From Candidatus Omnitrophota bacterium (lineage in GTDB: Bacteria > Omnitrophota > Gorgyraeia > Zapsychrales > Fredricksoniimonadaceae): DNA of 64,000 bases. Each line of letters opens with the position of its first letter. The first letter of the stretch is position 1. The translations under genes were made by a program, and so were the position numbers. The stretch is from positions 678,711-742,710 of the forward strand of contig JBGAJA010000001.1 in the NCBI GenBank assembly GCA_044225175.1. The letters are read 5' to 3'. Under the pieces are notes generated by a model that worked only from the letters and a program-made list of their open reading frames with translations, had not been told where the DNA came from and ran no database searches. Shown here piece after piece: positions 59,137 to 64,000 of the stretch.

Positions 59137-60759
59137 CTATGCCTCGTTGTGCCATTCTTTAATGACCTTACCGCCAAACATATTCAAGGCATCATCCACA
59201 ATAGGCTGGGCTTCTTTGGGGATACTTTCATCAATAAATTTAACGGTCAAATGGATGGTTGTTCCTAGTTTTTCAGTAAAAACCTTCTCAACTAGAAACA
59301 TGTTCTCTTTAACATCCAGCGTTTCCTTACCAAATCGATTTTCTTTCAAAAATCCTATCGTTAAAAAACCATCCTTAAAAGCACTAGGATTAGCATCTTG
59401 AAGATATGTAGCCAAAGACATTTTTCGTCTGGAGACTTCATGGGTCAAGCTATTCCATCGTTGTTGAATGACTTCTAAGGTAATTTCCCCTAAATCACTT
59501 AAAGGCTCACCCTTTGGTTCCTCTTTAGCAGTAACATTGGAAACAGGAACCGACTTGACCATTCCTGCAGTTTTAGAAACTACAGATGAAGTCGCTGCAA
59601 TGGAAGCCTTTTGAGGAATTGCAGTAATCGGTTTTGACTCAGAGATCGACGAAACAGTACCTGAAGAAGGTTGATTTAATGTAATCTTGGCAAAGGCAAT
59701 TTCTAAAGGCATGCGCATCGTTTCCATAATTCTGGATGTTTCTTGAGCTTCAATAAAAAGCTCAATAGCCCGAAGTATTCCTGCAATTGTAATCTTCTGC
59801 GATTGGGCCGCTAATCTTTCCTTCACATTCTTAGGATAATCAATCAAATCATTAAGCGCAGGGCCACCAATCTTAGCAATCATCATATGCCTAAAGTGTT
59901 CTGTGAGGTCTTTTCCAAGTTGTTTTAAATCCTTACCTGCATCAATAATATCGTTTAAAACTGTCATAGCTTTAGAGCAGTCCTTTTCAACAAGCGCATC
60001 TGTCAACGAAAACAACCATTCCATTTCAACAATACCCAACATAGAAAAAACATCCGAACTTTCTACCCCTTCTTTACCCAAAGCACTTAATTGGTCAAGG
60101 ATCCCCAGAGCATCGCGCATACTTCCACCTGCTGCTTTAGCAATCGCAAAAAGGGCGTCATCAGCTATCTTAATTTTTTCCTGAATACTAATTTCCTTTA
60201 AATTACTTCCTATAGCTTCTAGAGAAATTCGCTTAAAATCAAAACGCTGGCAGCGTGAAAGGATTGTTGCAGGAACTTTATTAGCTTCTGTTGTGGCAAA
60301 AATAAAAATCACATGTTCGGGGGGTTCTTCCAGGGTCTTTAACAGAGCATTAAATGCTTCTGTAGTCAACATATGGACTTCGTCCACGATATAAATCTTA
60401 TAACGACCATAGGTAGGGGCAAATTTAACATTCTCACGAAGGGCACGGATTTCATCAATCCCCCGGTTAGAAGCACCATCTATTTCAAGAACATCAAAAC
60501 TATTTCCCTTGGCAATTTCCTGGCAGGCAAAACATTCTCCACAAGGTCTTAAGGTAGGTCCATTCTGACAATTCAAAGACTTCGCCAGGATACGCGCACA
60601 AGAAGTCTTTCCAATCCCACGAGGCCCACAAAACAAAAACGAATGGGCAATTCGCTTAGTCTCAATGGCTTGCTTGAGGATCTTAACAATATGATCCTGC
60701 CCCTGAACTTCACTAAATGTCTGAGGACGATATTTGCGGGCTAATACCAAATAAGACAT
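59137..60759 (-). CDS. dnaX: DNA polymerase III subunit gamma/tau
   Basis: LARKYRPQTF, GPRGIGKT, EIDGASN, DEVHML, SRCQRF. Confidence 0.96.
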   Translation of the reverse strand: MSYLVLARKYRPQTFSEVQGQDHIVKILKQAIETKRIAHSFLFCGPRGIGKTSCARILAKSLNCQNGPTLRPCGECFACQEIAKGNSFDVLEIDGASNRGIDEIRALRENVKFAPTYGRYKIYIVDEVHMLTTEAFNALLKTLEEPPEHVIFIFATTEANKVPATILSRCQRFDFKRISLEAIGSNLKEISIQEKIKIADDALFAIAKAAGGSMRDALGILDQLSALGKEGVESSDVFSMLGIVEMEWLFSLTDALVEKDCSKAMTVLNDIIDAGKDLKQLGKDLTEHFRHMMIAKIGGPALNDLIDYPKNVKERLAAQSQKITIAGILRAIELFIEAQETSRIMETMRMPLEIAFAKITLNQPSSGTVSSISESKPITAIPQKASIAATSSVVSKTAGMVKSVPVSNVTAKEEPKGEPLSDLGEITLEVIQQRWNSLTHEVSRRKMSLATYLQDANPSAFKDGFLTIGFLKENRFGKETLDVKENMFLVEKVFTEKLGTTIHLTVKFIDESIPKEAQPIVDDALNMFGGKVIKEWHNEA

Positions 60760-61658
60760 TATAAAATCTTCCTTAAAGCTGGTTCTAATTGAGGGTGTTG
60801 AAATTCATAACCAATATCTAAGAGTGCTTGAGGAACCACATGGGCACCATCCAGCAATAATTCTTTTCCCATCTGTCCCATCAAAAGTTTAATGATAAAA
60901 CCTGGCACTGGTAAAATAGTCGGCCTAAAAAGGACTTTACCTAAAGTCTTTGTAAACTCCTTATTAGTCACGGGATTTGGTGTAACAAAATTAACTGCCC
61001 CACTTACCCTATCATCCCAAATCAACTGATTAATAATCGAAGATATTTCATCTAGGGCAATCCAGCTCATTTTCTGACGGCCATTTCCTAAACGTCCACC
61101 AAGACCTAGAAAGAAAACAGGCAGCATTTTAGCCAATGCACCCCCATGCGAGCTTAATACTACGCCAAAGCGCATATGAATTAATCGAACACCATATAAA
61201 ATAGCATCTGCCGAAGCATTTTCCCACTGCTGACAAACCTGAGCCAAAAATCCATGACCGTTTCCACCATGTTCATTGACAGGTACATTAGGATCACGGT
61301 TCCCATAATACCCAACCGCAGAGGCACAAAAAAATACCTTAGGACGCGGATTCATCTCTTTCATGGCATCTACAAGGAGCTTGGTGCTGATCACCCGTGT
61401 CTCTACAATCTCTTGTTTGTATTCACGAGACCATCTTTTAGCGCTAATATTAGCACCTGCCAAATTAATAATGACATCATGCCTTTGTAGAGCATCAATA
61501 TCAATAAAATGTTTCTTTAAATTCCAATAAACAATCTTATGTTTATTGAATATTGTTCGGTGACGCGTAATCTCAGTCACTTCATGACCAGCTTGTTGAA
61601 AATACTTCTTCAAAGCTCTTCCAATTAATCCTGAGGTGCCTGAAATCGCAATTTTCAT
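60759..61658 (-). CDS. TIGR01777/YfcH-family NAD-dependent epimerase
   Basis: GTSGLIG, NLAGANI...RW, ASAVGYYG, GGRLG.G.Q.MSWI. Confidence 0.92.
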   Translation of the reverse strand: MKIAISGTSGLIGRALKKYFQQAGHEVTEITRHRTIFNKHKIVYWNLKKHFIDIDALQRHDVIINLAGANISAKRWSREYKQEIVETRVISTKLLVDAMKEMNPRPKVFFCASAVGYYGNRDPNVPVNEHGGNGHGFLAQVCQQWENASADAILYGVRLIHMRFGVVLSSHGGALAKMLPVFFLGLGGRLGNGRQKMSWIALDEISSIINQLIWDDRVSGAVNFVTPNPVTNKEFTKTLGKVLFRPTILPVPGFIIKLLMGQMGKELLLDGAHVVPQALLDIGYEFQHPQLEPALRKIL

Positions 61659-61682
61659 AAGAATGGCATTATGGCGTACAAA

Positions 61683-63959
61683 TTAAAAATCGTAAAGCGG
61701 TTTTCTTGTATTAGGAGTATTAAAATTACGGTTCACGGATGGCTTATTGGTTGGAATGGACTTAGATTCTGACGATGATTTAGGGCCAGAAAGATTAGGT
61801 TCCTTGGGTTTTGCGCGCATAGACAAAGATATTCTCTTTCGAGTCAAATCAATGTCCACAACACTCACTTGAACCTTTTGACCAACCTTCAATACATCAG
61901 CTGGATTAGTTATAAATTTATCAGAAACCTCACTGATATGAACAAGCCCATCTTGATGAACACCTATGTCCACAAAAGCACCAAAATTTGTCACGTTAGT
62001 GACAATTCCAGGAAGTTTCATTCCAATCGTCAAATCTTCCATAGTTTGAACACCTTCTTTGAACTGTACAGGGTCAAATTGAGCACGCGGGTCACGTCCA
62101 GGTTTAGCCAGTTCACTGACAATATCCATCAAAGTAGGAAGTCCAATTTTGTCACTGACATATTTAGAGGGTTGAATCTTACCTCTTAAAGATTCGTTAG
62201 TGATAAAATCTCCCACTTTACATCCTAAATCTTTAGCCATTTGATCAACGACCCAATAACTTTCTGGGTGAACAGCACTTGAATCTAAAGGATACGCTGC
62301 GCCACGAATCCTCAAAAATCCAGCTGCCTGCTCAAAAACCTTCCCTGAAAGCCTTGGAATCTTCTTAAATTCATCTCTAGAGCCAAAGGCTCCATGCTCA
62401 TTGCGATATTCCACAACAGCTTTGGCCAAAGCTGGTCCAAGGCCTGAAACATACATTAAAAGCTCTTTGCTGGCTGTATTAATCTCAACCCCCACTTGAT
62501 TAACCGAGCTAATGACCACCTCATCCAAATTCTTTTTGAGAAGCGTCTGATCGACATCATGCTGGTATTGTCCAACCCCAATCGATTTAGGATCAATCTT
62601 GACCAATTCAGCAAGAGGATCTTGAATACGGCGCCCAATAGATACTGCCCCTCTAACCGTCACATCATGATCAGGAAACTCTTCCCGGGCCACTTCAGAA
62701 GCAGAATAAATAGAAGCTCCACTCTCATTGACCATCACCACTTGAATATTAGGTAATTTTAAAGAACGCACAAAAGCATCTGTCTCACGGCTAGCTGTGC
62801 CATTTCCAATTGCAATGCATTCAATATTAAACAACTGGCAAAGTTTCTTGATGGTAACAGCTGCCTGCGCAACTTCACCTTCACTATGACTGATATAAAT
62901 AACAGTATTATTTAAAAGCTTTCCCTGACTATTTAAACAGACAACCTTGCATCCGGTACGATATCCAGGATCTATAGCTAGCACATTCTTCTCACCTAAA
63001 GGAGACGCCATTAAAAGCTCACGTAAGTTATCAGTGAAGACCTTAATAGCTTCCACATCAGCTTGCTGCTTGGTTAACATTCGAATTTCAGTCTCTATAG
63101 ATAATGATAAAAGTCTCTTAAAAGAATCTTCCAAGGCCATTTGAACTTGACTACTTGATAAATTCTTAGCTTTAATGAATATCTCTTGAAGAACTCTGAG
63201 AGCTTGGTCTTCTTCAACTTTAATCCTAAGAGAAACGATTTCCTCTTTCTCAGCACGACGCATAGCCAGCACTCGATGGGATGGAGCTGATTTTACAGCT
63301 TCCTGCCAGTCAAAATAATCCTTAAACTTAGCCCCCTCTTCTTCCTTTCCCTTAATGACCTTGGATTCAAAAATTCCCTGCTCTAAATAAAGCTGTCTGA
63401 TCTTGGCACGAGCAGGGGCATCTTCATTGATCCATTCAGCAATGATATCGCGTGCACCAGCTAGAGCTTCGTCAACCGTTTGCACAGACGACTGGCCAGT
63501 CCCGCCTCCCGCATCTACATTAATAAATTTTATTGCCTCTACCTTAGGATCTATCCCAACTTTTTGTTCAAAAATGATCTGTGCCAAGGGCTCTAACCCT
63601 TTTTCTTTGGCAATAGTTGCCCTTGTGCGGCGTTTTGGTTTATAGGGCAAATATAGATCTTCCAAAACGGTCATTGTTTCAGCGGCATTAATTTTAGCTT
63701 TTAGGTCTTCGGTGAGTTTGCCTTGCTTCTCAATCGTTTCCAGAATAGTAGCACGACGTCCATCTAGCTCATGAAGTTGTTCCAATCGATCACGAATACC
63801 AGCAATTGCCACTTCATCTAAACCGCCCGTTGCTTCCTTGCGGTAGCGAGAAATAAAAGGAACAGTGCTCCCTTCCTCAAGGAGCACTGCAACTGAAATG
63901 ACTTGTTTGGTTTGAATTTTTAATTCTTGTGCAACTTTACTAATATGAAGAGGGTTCAT
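61683..63959 (-). CDS. tex: Tex RNA-binding transcriptional accessory protein
   Basis: TVPFISRYRKEATG, DPGYRTGCK, NESGASIYSAS, GVGQYQHDV, S1 domain. Confidence 0.96.
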   Translation of the reverse strand: MNPLHISKVAQELKIQTKQVISVAVLLEEGSTVPFISRYRKEATGGLDEVAIAGIRDRLEQLHELDGRRATILETIEKQGKLTEDLKAKINAAETMTVLEDLYLPYKPKRRTRATIAKEKGLEPLAQIIFEQKVGIDPKVEAIKFINVDAGGGTGQSSVQTVDEALAGARDIIAEWINEDAPARAKIRQLYLEQGIFESKVIKGKEEEGAKFKDYFDWQEAVKSAPSHRVLAMRRAEKEEIVSLRIKVEEDQALRVLQEIFIKAKNLSSSQVQMALEDSFKRLLSLSIETEIRMLTKQQADVEAIKVFTDNLRELLMASPLGEKNVLAIDPGYRTGCKVVCLNSQGKLLNNTVIYISHSEGEVAQAAVTIKKLCQLFNIECIAIGNGTASRETDAFVRSLKLPNIQVVMVNESGASIYSASEVAREEFPDHDVTVRGAVSIGRRIQDPLAELVKIDPKSIGVGQYQHDVDQTLLKKNLDEVVISSVNQVGVEINTASKELLMYVSGLGPALAKAVVEYRNEHGAFGSRDEFKKIPRLSGKVFEQAAGFLRIRGAAYPLDSSAVHPESYWVVDQMAKDLGCKVGDFITNESLRGKIQPSKYVSDKIGLPTLMDIVSELAKPGRDPRAQFDPVQFKEGVQTMEDLTIGMKLPGIVTNVTNFGAFVDIGVHQDGLVHISEVSDKFITNPADVLKVGQKVQVSVVDIDLTRKRISLSMRAKPKEPNLSGPKSSSESKSIPTNKPSVNRNFNTPNTRKPLYDF

Positions 63960-63967
63960 TATATGAT

Positions 63968-63987
63968 CCCCCCTTTTTCAAGGGGGG
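63968..63987. repeat. Palindromic C6/G6 hairpin repeat upstream of tex
   Basis: CCCCCCTT-TTTC-AAGGGGGG. Confidence 0.5.
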
Positions 63988-64000
63988 TAATGCAGATTTA

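Noticed and set aside
59130-59145. Absence of ybaB between dnaX and recR
   Set aside because: The genes abut directly; loss or relocation of ybaB is common and not informative.

Overview
AT-rich bacterial chromosomal window, mostly minus-strand housekeeping genes. The gene repertoire suggests Candidatus Omnitrophota (PVC superphylum); this is an inference, not tested. Core content: xth (partial), ndh, a siroheme sulfite/nitrite reductase, exbBD, ilvB-ilvN, a complete sulfate uptake/assimilation operon (porin-sbp-cysT-cysW-cysA-rrf2-cysH-cysD-orf-cysN), surE, mutY, nadK, phoBR, queH, hemH, lexA, tspO, tRNA-Asn, recR, dnaX and tex. Top candidates for a second look: (1) two paralogous secreted proteins (4060-6021 and 53762-56635) with a shared signal peptide, ~320-aa conserved N-terminal domain, DxAM-like linker motifs and a C-terminal GGIDL...DPAM module, but unrelated middle cargo. 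One cargo is a histidine-kinase ATPase domain, and that copy lies in a tRNA-Asn island, suggesting a modular effector-export system. (2) An unannotated, probably leaderless 20-aa peptide ending CQPCC that overlaps a terminator upstream of the sulfate operon, a candidate cysteine-sensing attenuator. (3) Tandem att remnants at tRNA-Asn in which the serine integrase C-terminus would be swapped on integration. (4) REP-like palindromes translated in frame inside proteins. (5) A standalone structured transcript with a 30-aa sORF, a candidate LexA box and an ANTAR-like leader. No CRISPR array or rRNA was seen.
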